A stretch of 49,420 nucleotides of DNA from Candidatus Zixiibacteriota bacterium (GCA_041742355.1 JBGSIV010000088.1:1-49420); one strand, 5' to 3'; counted from the stretch's first letter, positions 38,934 through 48,955 are shown. Made by a program: numbers and translations. The notes: generated by a model from the sequence alone, not told the origin.

Positions 38934-40370
38934 TCAATACTGCGGCACCAGGTTCTTCTCCACCGCCACTGCATTCACCACCGAATCGACGTAGAAGTAC
39001 TGCTCGGCGTGGAATGGGACGTAAAAGAGAGTCATCCCCGTGAACGCATCGGCCGCCGGCGGCACCGCCAGGGTCGCCGTTTGCCCGACCAGTTCCCGCG
39101 CCACCATCACCCGGGCCAGCACGAGCGCCTCCGATGGCCCTACCCCTACCGGTGCAAACCCCCGGTCCGACTCCGCTGCTTCTCGCAACGTGAAGGCCGC
39201 CTGCGCGGTGGTCATTCGCCGGCCAAGGCGGTAGACCCCCTCGAAGTTGGTTACCCGGAAGGCCGGCACCACCAGGCGCCCCGCCTTCCCCACTCCCCCG
39301 GCCAGCACCTTCAGCTTTCCGGCCAGATCGGCCGACATTTCCATGCTCCAGAACGGCAGCAGCACATCCCCGGCCCGCGCCTTCGCCCCGTCGGTTACCA
39401 GCACATTCCCTCCGAACAGCGGATGCTCTTCCACCCGCGTCACCTGCCCGCAGTGCACGCAGACATACACGTACGACTGCTCCGCCGGAAGGTCATGCCC
39501 GCAGTTGCCGCACCGGTGCAACCCGATCCGGAGTTGCCCGAACTCGATGTGCTCGTCATCGTCGCAGTCCGACGCTTCTATCCGCTCCACGCTCCCGGCC
39601 ACTTTCCCCGTCACGCCATCCACCACCCAGCGGCGAAATCCCCCGCCGTGGTACGACTCCACCACCCAGTACGGGAAATACACGATCGACCCGCGCGGGC
39701 GAAACATCTCAGTCCGGTTCTTCCCGAACTCCGGTGATTCGATGTTCCCAACGTTGTCCACGGTCTTCCGGGTCAGGTCTCTCGCCTCGGCCCAGTTGAC
39801 CACCACCGGCAGCGGACGATATCCGTCCTGCATCTTTTCCTCGGCGAATGGTTCCGCCTTGATATAGGTCGCCCGCAGTCCGATCGAATGCGGCATCCCC
39901 TCCATCCGGTTCGCCGCCGGAAACGTCACCGCGTACGGCGCCAAGGTCACTTCCGTCCGTCGAATCTCGCGGTCGGGCTCGAGTGACGATTTCGTCCCAT
40001 CCTCGTTGACCTGCTCCACAATGTCGATCTTGTTGCGCGTCTTGAGCAGAACGGCGTCGACCTTCCAGTAGGGATAGTAGATGCGCTTGAACATGAGGTC
40101 GAGCGATGTCAGCGCTTCCCCGTGCTCCTTCAGGTGCCGATCGACCGCGAACCGCACCTCGTGTTGCGCCTTCCGTCCCTTGACCAGGTACGCCGGCGGC
40201 TGTTCGGGCATAGTGATGCGCAGGGCCGACGTGCAGTGGCTGCACCGGAGGACGAAGAAGTCGTCCTGCAGCTCGAGTTCCCCGCCGCAGCCGGGGCATC
40301 CGACAGCGATGGTGAATCCGGTCCTGGCCGTTGGCGATCCTGATGTCGTGTGTGCCGGTACTGTCTTCAA
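38934..40370 (-). CDS. Multi-zinc-ribbon protein (YdjG-like)
   Basis: CPGCG, CSHC, CGNCG, CVHCG pairs; YYPYW/YFPYW/LLPFW motifs; start codon uncertain (TTG). Confidence 0.7.
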   Translation of the reverse strand: MKTVPAHTTSGSPTARTGFTIAVGCPGCGGELELQDDFFVLRCSHCTSALRITMPEQPPAYLVKGRKAQHEVRFAVDRHLKEHGEALTSLDLMFKRIYYPYWKVDAVLLKTRNKIDIVEQVNEDGTKSSLEPDREIRRTEVTLAPYAVTFPAANRMEGMPHSIGLRATYIKAEPFAEEKMQDGYRPLPVVVNWAEARDLTRKTVDNVGNIESPEFGKNRTEMFRPRGSIVYFPYWVVESYHGGGFRRWVVDGVTGKVAGSVERIEASDCDDDEHIEFGQLRIGLHRCGNCGHDLPAEQSYVYVCVHCGQVTRVEEHPLFGGNVLVTDGAKARAGDVLLPFWSMEMSADLAGKLKVLAGGVGKAGRLVVPAFRVTNFEGVYRLGRRMTTAQAAFTLREAAESDRGFAPVGVGPSEALVLARVMVARELVGQTATLAVPPAADAFTGMTLFYVPFHAEQYFYVDSVVNAVAVEKNLVPQY

Positions 40371-40384
40371 CGCAATCTCTTCCT

Positions 40385-40465
40385 GTAGGTCAGGACCCTT
40401 GTGGTCCTGACATTGACCTAAACGAACGCCCGGAAACTGTCAGTCCTGCGAAAGCAGGGATCCAG
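40385..40465. repeat. B plus C-variant REP module
   Basis: gtaggtcaggacccttgtggtcctgac, linker similar to 49070-49096, then gtcagtcctgcgaaagcagggatcc. Confidence 0.8.
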
Positions 40466-40479
40466 TCCTCGTGCCACCC

Positions 40480-41592
40480 CTACTCCCCTTCCACCGCCTT
40501 CCCGCACTCTCCGCAGAACTTCGACCCCGCGATCAACTTCGCGCTGCAATGCGGACAGGTCACCTGCGCATCGAGCTTCTTCCCGCACGAAAAGCAGAAC
40601 TTGGCCTCGGTCGGCAGCTGGATATTGCACGCCGGACACGTATTCTGCGCCACCATCTGGTGCCCGCACCGATAGCAGTACCGCGACTGCTCCGGGGTAT
40701 CCGTGTGGCACTTCGGACACGTCACTGTCGGCACCGGTTCACGGCGCAGTTCCGTCTGCTCCGGCGCGAACACCTTCTGAATCATCCCCGGCATCATGAC
40801 GCCGACTCCGGCCGCCATTCCCATCCCGGCGCCCGCCGGTGCGTTCGTTCCCCCGAGTCCCTTGGCCATCTCGAACTTCAGGAACTTGTCGAGATTCCCG
40901 ACCGCCTCCATCCCGGAGCGCTGGTCGATCATTTTCGAGACCTCGTCCGGCGGCGTGATCGACGAGATGAAGAAATCGACCAGGCTCAACCCGTACTTCT
41001 CGAACTCGACCTTTACGATCTCCTTGAACTCGGCCGCCAGTTCGGTGTACACCGCCGGCAGGTTCAGCACGGTGTCGAGCTTTTCGCCCAGGAGGTCGTT
41101 CATCCGCGCGATAATGACATCGCGAAGGTAATCCTGGATCTCGTCCGCCGTGTAGAGCGCCTGACGGCCGACGATCGAATTCAGAAACAGCGACGGATTC
41201 ACGATCTGCATCGTGTAGGCTCCGTGGCCGCGCAGGCGGATCAACCCCAGTTCCTTGTCGCGGAACGTGACTGGGTGTTTCGTCCCCCATTTGAGGCTGG
41301 TAAACACCTTCAGGTTGACAAAATACACCTCGGCCCGGAAGGGGGAGTTGAACCCGAACGGAAACGCCGCCAGCCGGGTGAGAATCGGAATGTTGAGCGT
41401 GGTCAGCGTGTGCCGCCCGGTGGCGAACTGATCGGCGGCGTGGCCGTCCTTGAAGAAGATCGCCATCTGGCTGTCGCGGACGATGAGCTGCGCGCCGAGT
41501 TTGAAATCGGCCGAGCCTTCCTGCGGTATCCGGTGGATCATCTCCTCGCCGGCGGGATCCATCCATTCGATGATTTCGATAAACAGCGACAT
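40480..41592 (-). CDS. SPFH (band 7) domain protein with C-terminal double zinc ribbons (YdjI-like)
   Basis: [39 protein letters not shown]; three CxxC...CxxCG ribbons; GGAG SD. Confidence 0.9.
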   Translation of the reverse strand: MSLFIEIIEWMDPAGEEMIHRIPQEGSADFKLGAQLIVRDSQMAIFFKDGHAADQFATGRHTLTTLNIPILTRLAAFPFGFNSPFRAEVYFVNLKVFTSLKWGTKHPVTFRDKELGLIRLRGHGAYTMQIVNPSLFLNSIVGRQALYTADEIQDYLRDVIIARMNDLLGEKLDTVLNLPAVYTELAAEFKEIVKVEFEKYGLSLVDFFISSITPPDEVSKMIDQRSGMEAVGNLDKFLKFEMAKGLGGTNAPAGAGMGMAAGVGVMMPGMIQKVFAPEQTELRREPVPTVTCPKCHTDTPEQSRYCYRCGHQMVAQNTCPACNIQLPTEAKFCFSCGKKLDAQVTCPHCSAKLIAGSKFCGECGKAVEGE

Positions 41593-41608
41593 AATGACTC
41601 CAATCTTA

Positions 41609-41685
41609 TGTGGTGTCAGGTGTCCCCACCTGACACCTTATCAGCTTTTCTTCAATCCCTGTCCTCCCGGGCCACCCCGGGATCC
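41609..41685. repeat. F and C palindromes upstream of the SPFH gene
   Basis: gtggtgtcaggtgtccccacctgacacc; gtcctcccgggccaccccgggatcc. Confidence 0.7.
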
Positions 41686-42134
41686 ACGTATTTTCCCTGT
41701 CCTCGGACTAGATCGGACTCTGGGCCGTAGTTCTTGATCTGAGCGGTTTGGATGGCTAACAGAGCCACAGCGGCTTCTGCTGGTGCGAACGAAGAGGACA
41801 GTGCTTGCCGCCAGTATCGTTCTGACCACCACGACGAACAAATTTCGGTTGACAGATTTGTCCAAATTCTTAACTTTGTTACGTCAGGGTAATCAGCATC
41901 AGCCTTTGGAGTAGCGTTGCATGACGGCATCGAAGAGCGTACGCAGGCAGTCGCCGTCGCGCAGTTCACTGCAGCCGGATGTCTATGAAATAGAGCATTG
42001 ACAATGATAGCGGCTTCCCCGGTGACCTCTTCCTGGGCGTCAGCCGACGCCGATTGGGCGCGAGGTTCCGGGCAATGCCGCCACAAGGGAATTCACTGGT
42101 GTTCTGGCGCTGGAAGAAAATGATTGGAGGGACC

Positions 42135-42527
42135 ATGACCGTCAAAGATCGGACCGCCTTGTACCTGGACTATCTCCGCAAAGAGGGCTTCAATGCCGAG
42201 ATGGACGCCGACGGTGACGTGAAGTTCAAATACGAAGGGAAGACTTACTATTTCATTCTCGATAAGGAGGATGAGGAGTTCTTTCGCCTCGTGTTTCCCA
42301 ACTTCTGGAGCCTTGATGGACCCGCCGAGCGCGCCAAGGCCGAGAAGGCCGCTTTCGTAGCCACCTCCGCCACAAAAGTGGCCAAGGTGTTGTTGGTCGG
42401 CGACAACGTCTGGGCGATGATCGAGATGTTCGTGTCTGATCCCGCTTACCCGACGACCATATTCCCTCGCTCGATGTCGGCCTTGCGCTACTCTGTCTCG
42501 ACCTTTGTCGAGGAAATGAACAAGTAG
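42135..42527 (+). CDS. Hypothetical protein, YbjN/type-III-chaperone-like fold
   Basis: GGAGG SD; YLRKEGF...DADGDVKFKYEG...FFRLVFPNFW. Confidence 0.7.
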   Translation: MTVKDRTALYLDYLRKEGFNAEMDADGDVKFKYEGKTYYFILDKEDEEFFRLVFPNFWSLDGPAERAKAEKAAFVATSATKVAKVLLVGDNVWAMIEMFVSDPAYPTTIFPRSMSALRYSVSTFVEEMNK

Positions 42528-42794
42528 GAGAATTCCCGGCGGGACAGATCACTTCGGCCCGTTGGGAGCGATACAGTTCGAGCCAGCAGGATCCCGCGCT
42601 GTCCGGTGCGGGATCCTTCTGCGCGCCCGCCATCGGGGCTTCCCGAACCCGCCGGTCCGGATGACTCTCATCGTGACCCCTGCCCCGTCCAACTTCCTCC
42701 TGTTCTCCCGAAACCGGGGACTTCCGGATCTCGTAGTAATTGTCAGATAATGTGCAGGTCCCGACAACGACCCGAGAGGAAAGGAAGCGCTCTC

Positions 42795-43304
42795 ATGAAG
42801 CTGGTACCGACTCTTCTCTGCCTGAGCCTGCTCTCAACGACCCTTATTGGAGGCTGTGACCGTATGTCCCGGACAACCGACCCCACCGCCGACCGCCTCG
42901 AAATCGAACGCGTGATCAAAAGCTCCATCACCTGGGCCGCCACCAAGGACAAGCCCCTGCTCTACGACTGCTTCGTCAACGACTCCTCCCTCTTCTTCTT
43001 CTCCCCCGACAACGCCGGCACGGTCCGCAGCTTCGACCAGTTCACCCGACAGGTCGAGCAGGTCTTTATGGATCCCCGCTTCAAGGCGGTGCGCGCTGAC
43101 TTCAAGGACCTCCGCATCACGATTTCCCATGGCGGCGACTGCGCCTGGTGGTCGTGTTATCTGGATGACTTTAACGAGTGGGATGGACGTCCGGCCAACT
43201 GGGAGAATGTTCGCTGGACCGGTGTGCTGGAGCGGCTCGATGGCCGCTGGAAGATCGTGCAGATGCATTTCTCGCATGCGGCGGAGGATTTCAAGAAGGG
43301 GTAG
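42795..43304 (+). CDS. NTF2/SnoaL-like lipoprotein
   Basis: IGGC lipobox; VRWTGVLERLDGRWKIVQMHFS; AAGGAAG SD; possible ECF promoter CGAAAC-N17-CGTA at 42709-42735. Confidence 0.85.
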   Translation: MKLVPTLLCLSLLSTTLIGGCDRMSRTTDPTADRLEIERVIKSSITWAATKDKPLLYDCFVNDSSLFFFSPDNAGTVRSFDQFTRQVEQVFMDPRFKAVRADFKDLRITISHGGDCAWWSCYLDDFNEWDGRPANWENVRWTGVLERLDGRWKIVQMHFSHAAEDFKKG

Positions 43305-43311
43305 CAGTTAT

Positions 43312-43447
43312 GTAGGGCAGGAGTCCCTCCGACTCCTGCCGCCTGCCGCCTGCCTCCACAAAGCTCTGGCGGGTCGCCCACAGCTTGCTGTGGGATCGGT
43401 CAGGGAGAATTGAAAAGACCCGGATCCCGAGTCAAGCCCGGGATTAC
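43312..43447. repeat. REP cluster (GTAG-type, A, C)
   Basis: gtagggcaggagtc...gactcctgcc; A 43371-43397; ggatcccgagtcaagcccgggattac. Confidence 0.8.
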
Positions 43448-43512
43448 AGGGCTCCGAAAGTCTAATTGAATCAAGGTCAGAACTTGCAGGGGAATCGCGG
43501 GAGCCGTCTCCC

Positions 43513-44256
43513 CTACCCCTTGCTCCCCCTCTGATACTGCCAGATGAAATTGTCCAGCGTCCGCGGTTTCAAACCGGGGCGCACTGCTGACAACACCTTG
43601 CTCGCCTCCACGACCAGCCTCGTCGTCTCATCCAAGCTGAACGTCTTGCTTGTCGCCGCCTCCACAAACCGGTTGATCATCCTATCCGGCTTGATAAAAT
43701 CCTCCGATCCCGCCAGCATGTAGAAATACCGTAGCGAAATGCCACTCCGCTGACCTGGAATCTGCATAATCTTCGCCTCAAACTCCGCATCACCGAGGAT
43801 CCCCTTCACGTGCTGGAAGTACTCGACTCCAAACTCGCCCAGCACTTGGGCAAACCTGAGGACCGCCTCCGACTTCGTGATACCGTTTGCCGTCGACGTT
43901 CTCTGCCGGTTGCAGTACACCTTCTCCATCATGAATTTTGCCCCGTGCGTCTTGTACAGTTTCAGCAACCGGCTGACCGGCCACTGGTCTTCCGGCGGTG
44001 GCATCTTCCGTCTTCTGTTCATCGGAACGCGGGAGAACTCACAGAATCTTGACAACGTATTCTCAACCCTGCGGTACCTCACACCAATCGAAAACACCGC
44101 ATCGATTACACACAACGGGACACAGGAATGATTATACTCCCCCCCATAAACTTCCATGGTATCCAACTTAAGATTCTTCCTGCAATAGCGGACGAACGCT
44201 TCCACGTCGCAATCCGTCACACACGATTCTGCCTTCGCCTGCCTGCTGCTTCGCAT
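43513..44256 (-). CDS. Hypothetical protein, HhH-GPD DNA-glycosylase-like
   Basis: LCVIDAVFSIG, QRTS...KSEAV, HhH-like IMQIPGQRSG, KPDRMINRFV, LDNFIWQYQR; GGGAGA SD. Confidence 0.6.
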   Translation of the reverse strand: MRSSRQAKAESCVTDCDVEAFVRYCRKNLKLDTMEVYGGEYNHSCVPLCVIDAVFSIGVRYRRVENTLSRFCEFSRVPMNRRRKMPPPEDQWPVSRLLKLYKTHGAKFMMEKVYCNRQRTSTANGITKSEAVLRFAQVLGEFGVEYFQHVKGILGDAEFEAKIMQIPGQRSGISLRYFYMLAGSEDFIKPDRMINRFVEAATSKTFSLDETTRLVVEASKVLSAVRPGLKPRTLDNFIWQYQRGSKG

Positions 44257-44372
44257 GGTGTTCTCCCTTCCGGCAGTTGGCCCTGCCTCCCACTATAAGT
44301 CCGAGTTACTTATTGCCTGAGTCCCTGCTCCGAAAATAGCAACCCCATCGCGAATAATCAAGCCTCCAACTC

Positions 44373-44516
44373 GGTCGCCCACAGCTTGCTGTGGGATCGG
44401 CAAATTGAAAATCTCATTGTAGGTCAGGACCCTTGCGGTCCTGACGTTGACGTAAACCTGGCGCCCACATGTGCACAAACCTATAGAAAGTGTCATCCCG
44501 GCGAAAGCCGGGATCC
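44373..44516. repeat. Mosaic REP array A-B-C
   Basis: A 44373-44398, B 44419-44445, C 44492-44516. Confidence 0.85.
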
Positions 44517-44584
44517 ATGCCTTTTCCCCTTCCCCTCCTCCCTTGTTCCCCCTATCTTCCGCGTACCATCTCGCGAGGTAACCG

Positions 44585-45226
44585 ATGCAGATAGCCTACG
44601 AACTCCATCTCCCCATCTCCCCCTATGAGGCCGAGGCCCAGGGAATCCCCCGCACCACCGGCCGCCTCACCCTGTGGCCGAAAAACAGCGCGGATCCCCG
44701 CCACCCCCTCGCCGAACTCATCTATGAAATGAAACGCGACTCCCCGCACCTCATCGCCCAGACTGTCGTCCCCGCCCTCATCCCGACTGAACTCGAGACC
44801 TTCTGCCGCGCTCACAACCTCGCGTGCCGCCTCGACAGCTTCTTCGTCGCCGGTCCGCCCGGCTCAGTCGATCCGGACGCGGACTCCCTTATCCCGGAGT
44901 TATTCCCCGCGCGCGACATTCTCATCGATTGCCGCAGCGTCGCCGATATCGAGACCGTCCTATCGATTGACAGCCGCGCCTTCCTATTCTATGGCGCGTC
45001 AGAATTCGAATCCGATCCCGCGACAAAACTCCCGATGATCGAGGCGGGCCGCCAGTTCCCCCGCACGCGCCTCCTGGCCCTGATGTTGGCGGCGACCCCG
45101 CTCTTCTGCCTCCACCTCCCGACCGACCGCAACCTTGAGTTCGTCGGCTCGTCCGACTCCGTCAACGCGCTCTACCTGCACTACCGCAGTCAGGCCGGGT
45201 GGGAGTGGTCGGTGGCAGAGGGATGA
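44585..45226 (+). CDS. Hypothetical protein
   Basis: 213-aa ORF with GAGGT SD and genome-typical codon usage; no family recognised. Confidence 0.65.
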   Translation: MQIAYELHLPISPYEAEAQGIPRTTGRLTLWPKNSADPRHPLAELIYEMKRDSPHLIAQTVVPALIPTELETFCRAHNLACRLDSFFVAGPPGSVDPDADSLIPELFPARDILIDCRSVADIETVLSIDSRAFLFYGASEFESDPATKLPMIEAGRQFPRTRLLALMLAATPLFCLHLPTDRNLEFVGSSDSVNALYLHYRSQAGWEWSVAEG

Positions 45227-45274
45227 GCCTCTGAGGCGGTTTCCTCCAACTGCGCCCTGCTCCCTGAGTTCACT

Positions 45275-46135
45275 TCAACCGCACTGTATTATCATCCAGC
45301 ACTGGTCAAACCGACACTGCCGAAGATCCGTCTCCCGTATCCAGTAGTACAGGCAGCCCATATCGCCCCACATAAACTCATCCTCGCCTTCGGTGCTGGG
45401 GATCTGCATGAGGAGGCGCCACTTGTCGGCCTTCTGGTAAGCTTCGGAGCTGTCCTCGTACCTGTCAGCATCTTCATCGAGAGCGCTGCCCAAATCTCTC
45501 ACCAAAGCACACTCGACCGCCATATCGGCCTGGAGATGGTCCGCATAACCGGACATCAGCGCGCGCTTAGACCATTCAGGGCGGTCCCCAGCCTCCTGCA
45601 AAACCTGGTCGAGCGCCTGCCGCTGGTCATCGTCCAAATCCCAAATCTCCAGCAAGTAGCTGTCGTTAGGAGGCAGCGTGACAGTCGACTTCGAAACCAG
45701 GGCGCGTTCCTTATAGCGGAAAGCCTGTTGGATATCGTCCGGCCAGTCACGAACAACCGGAGGAATCTCATTGGACGGAATGTAAACGACGGCAAACTGC
45801 CCCTCTCTTACCTGGTCCGGATCTTCAGCCATCTTCTGGGCATCGAAGAAAAACAGCAACATGCCGTCCGGCGGAAAGCCGTTGGTTTTCAGCAACGCAG
45901 GCTGGGCGCCTAAGTCGACCTGCGCCACAAAAGCAATACTCCGCCCGTTGTTCTTCGGCCATGGAGCCGCTGCCGGCAGCGCCGGTCGCCCGCCCAACTT
46001 AGAGGAGCTCAGCGGCAACTCTTGGTCGGCTTCGACCACCTCGAACTCTACCGTATCGCGCGCAAGCTCCGTGAGGATCCTGCGATGCTCAAACCCTATC
46101 TCCTCGGCAATCGATAACACTTCATCAATCGTCAT
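45275..46135 (-). CDS. YwqG / DUF1963 family protein
   Basis: SSKLGGRP...WP, FVAQVDL, GMLLFFFD, WRLLMQI, FMWGDMGCLYYWI...FDQCWMIIQC; GGGAGGT SD. Confidence 0.88.
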   Translation of the reverse strand: MTIDEVLSIAEEIGFEHRRILTELARDTVEFEVVEADQELPLSSSKLGGRPALPAAAPWPKNNGRSIAFVAQVDLGAQPALLKTNGFPPDGMLLFFFDAQKMAEDPDQVREGQFAVVYIPSNEIPPVVRDWPDDIQQAFRYKERALVSKSTVTLPPNDSYLLEIWDLDDDQRQALDQVLQEAGDRPEWSKRALMSGYADHLQADMAVECALVRDLGSALDEDADRYEDSSEAYQKADKWRLLMQIPSTEGEDEFMWGDMGCLYYWIRETDLRQCRFDQCWMIIQCG

Positions 46136-46298
46136 GAAAATGACCTCCCGCGTGTAGATCTGTTATGGAACTGAACTGACCGAATTCTCAATTGCCTGAT
46201 GATATTGTCGACTGATCTATCCAGTCAATCACAAACAGGGCTGATTCTTTCAGACCATTCCGCCTACACGCTTGCCGACAACTGCCGACGGATCCCCC

Positions 46299-46772
46299 CT
46301 ACCCCCTCCGCCCTCTGATGGCCCCCAGATGATACGCCGTATGCGCGATCAACCCGATCGCCCCGCCCACCTTCCGCTCATCATTCCAATCCGAAAACCC
46401 CGCCATCACCCGCAACACCTCCTCATACACCTCCCGCAACCGCACCTGCAGATCCCGCCACTGCGCCGGCGTGACACTCGTCACCTTCCAGCTCTCTTTC
46501 CAATCGAGCTTCTCGTACCAGATCCCCTGCATGTAATCCCGCGCGGTCGCGAGGTAGAACCGCATGTGCTCGACATGCCCTGCCACCGTCGGCCCCCCCT
46601 CGCGCATCGGCTTCGAGGCCTCCTCGGCGCTGATATCAGCCAGCGTTTCAAACAGCGATGTCCCCCGGTCCAGGTAGATCCCCTCGACTTTGTCGAAAGT
46701 CTCGGTCAGAAGCGCCCGCAGCGCTCCTTCAAAGACCTCCCGCCTGATTCCCTCGGAAATTCCTTCTGCCAT
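46299..46772 (-). CDS. DinB-like family protein
   Basis: TVAGHVEHMRFY and IAHTAYHLGAIR His motifs; GGAGG SD. Confidence 0.8.
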   Translation of the reverse strand: MAEGISEGIRREVFEGALRALLTETFDKVEGIYLDRGTSLFETLADISAEEASKPMREGGPTVAGHVEHMRFYLATARDYMQGIWYEKLDWKESWKVTSVTPAQWRDLQVRLREVYEEVLRVMAGFSDWNDERKVGGAIGLIAHTAYHLGAIRGRRG

Positions 46773-46930
46773 ACTCTATCCTCCTGACCCTTTTGTGCTG
46801 CCATCGTGCGGCCATTACTGCCGCTGCCTCTGCTGCCGTAAACCTAATCGACAGCTCCAATGTCCCGTTCGTCAATCTAATATACGGCCCCTCCCCCGCC
46901 CGCCGAAATCACCTTTTGTCACCCCCGACT

Positions 46931-47188
46931 GTGCGCGGCAGATGTCCACATCGGCCGCGATTATCTCAAACGAACCTGATTCCGCCTTTCCGCAGGGTCA
47001 CACGCTCCCCCTCGCTCCGCTTGGAGTCGCGCAAGACCCTGCAGAACTAACCTGTGCTGTCAGACGACGCCGCCCGGCCCTTTCTCCCATGCTGTCAGGC
47101 AAGGCCGCCTGTCCCTTTCTCCCGTGGCGTTAGGCGACCCCGCCTGACCCGTTCCCCTGTGCTGTCAGGCGACCCCGCCTGACAGCAG
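46931..47188. repeat. REP-like cluster (G, H and several decayed F copies)
   Basis: gtgcgcggcagatgtccacatcggccgc; ttccgcagggtc...gaccctgcagaa; gtgctgtcaggcgaccccgcctgacagca plus partial copies. Confidence 0.75.
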
Positions 47189-47333
47189 ACAGAAGCCCCT
47201 TTTCCCCCGCCCCCGCGATCCTTTGCCCCCCAACGGCGTACAACAAATATGGCCGGCTACTTTCCAATTGACTGATTCTGACTCCGGCCTTATATACATC
47301 GTGAACCTCACGTCAACTACGGATCAGGATGAT

Positions 47334-48869
47334 ATGACACGATTGAACGCCCTTCTCCCCGCCGCGCTCCTGGTGGTCCTCCTCGCCTACCTCGTGCCCG
47401 GCTGCGACGACCTCATCACCGAAACCATCATCAACGACATCGCCGGCCACCCCAGTGCCGAATTCTCCGTCACCCCCGACTCCGGCTGCGAACCGCTTTC
47501 GATCACCCTTAATGACGAGTCCAACGGCCCCCGCGACCGCGCCGTCTACTACTTCTATAAAGGCAATACTGTCACCCCGTTCGATTCGGTGGTCGTCACC
47601 CCGGTCCCAGCTGACACCGCGGTTCTCAACGCCGACACCGTCTTCACCTTCACCGAGGCCGGCGTCTACGCCATCCGCCTGACCATCACCAATTCCCCCG
47701 ACAGCGGCCTCGACTCCGAAATGAAAAAACGCGCCGTCATCGTCGGCACCAGCGTGCTCGACTTCGGCGCCTCCGATACCATTATCTGCCCGGGCGATGA
47801 AGTCACCTTCCAGCCCAATGTTAACGACTGGGGCGCCGTCTCCTCCTGGAACTGGGACTTCGGCGACAACGGGACCTCCACCGACTCCATCCCCTCGCAC
47901 ACCTACGCCGACACCGGCGCCTACACCGTCACCCTCACTGTCGACGGCCCGTGCGGGCAGAAGCAAATTGTCGACTCCGCCCTCATCAAGGTTCTCCCCT
48001 GCCCGACCATCGTCTTTGCCGCCGACACCACCGTGGGCTGCCTTCCCCTGACGGTCCACTTCTCCGACCAAACCTCGATTGATTCCGGCACTGGCTTCGT
48101 CATCAACGGCCGCGCCTGGTCGGTCGGCACCGCGGGCAACCCCGGCTCGACTCCTACGATTACCACTATCTACAACACTGCCGGCGTCTACGACATCCAC
48201 CTCACGCTCGAACTCAAGGGCGTCTTCTACGGCGACACGATCACTTTCACCCGGACCGACTCGTTGCTGGACTACATCACTGTCTGGGACAGCACCTCCG
48301 CCGATTTCCATGCCCTGTCGCCGGCCATGGGGTGTTACACTCCTTCGCAGCAGTTCCAGGTCCTATTCGCCCCCGACTACGCCGGCGATTTCGACAGCCT
48401 CGTGTGGACCTTCGGCGACGGCACCTCGTGGATCGACCGGGCCAGCGGCGCGGCCGCCAAAACCCCCGTCCACGCCTACACGACTCCGGGCGTGTACGAT
48501 GTCCGGCTCAACGCCTACGGCCCCTGCGGCGACGCTGTCACGACCCGCTCCTCCTATGTCACGCTCTCGGCTCCTCTGCACCAGGACAGCATCGCCTTCA
48601 GCATCACCGCCGACAGCGCCAACGCAACCGGCTACTACTTCACCTTCGCCGACATCACCAACGGCATGGTCCTCACCCGCCAGTGGGCTTTCGGTGACAA
48701 CCAGCTCGATGTCAGTCCGGGCAACGACACGGTCTACCACCGCTACGACACTCTTGCCACTGGCGTGGTGTCCGATTCCTTCTTCGTTGTGATGAGTGCC
48801 GGCAATATGTGCGACACGCTGAACGTAGTCGACACGATCATCATCACCCCGCTTCCCGCCCGAAAATGA
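47334..48869 (+). CDS. PKD-domain repeat lipoprotein
   Basis: VPGC lipobox; WNWDFGDNG...HTYADTGAYTVTLTV, WTFGDG...HAYTTPGVYDVRL, WAFGD; start placed at ATG 47334. Confidence 0.9.
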   Translation: MTRLNALLPAALLVVLLAYLVPGCDDLITETIINDIAGHPSAEFSVTPDSGCEPLSITLNDESNGPRDRAVYYFYKGNTVTPFDSVVVTPVPADTAVLNADTVFTFTEAGVYAIRLTITNSPDSGLDSEMKKRAVIVGTSVLDFGASDTIICPGDEVTFQPNVNDWGAVSSWNWDFGDNGTSTDSIPSHTYADTGAYTVTLTVDGPCGQKQIVDSALIKVLPCPTIVFAADTTVGCLPLTVHFSDQTSIDSGTGFVINGRAWSVGTAGNPGSTPTITTIYNTAGVYDIHLTLELKGVFYGDTITFTRTDSLLDYITVWDSTSADFHALSPAMGCYTPSQQFQVLFAPDYAGDFDSLVWTFGDGTSWIDRASGAAAKTPVHAYTTPGVYDVRLNAYGPCGDAVTTRSSYVTLSAPLHQDSIAFSITADSANATGYYFTFADITNGMVLTRQWAFGDNQLDVSPGNDTVYHRYDTLATGVVSDSFFVVMSAGNMCDTLNVVDTIIITPLPARK

Positions 48870-48955
48870 GGGATGTGGTCAAGAACGACTAAGGCGTTCG
48901 TTAAGGAGTCCTGGCAGGTTACTGATTGATATCGATTGATACTGATTGATAATGT

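Noticed and set aside
41609..47188. Integron cassette array
   Set aside because: Genes are in mixed orientation, the repeats lack RYYYAAC/GTTRRRY attC ends, and no integrase is present.
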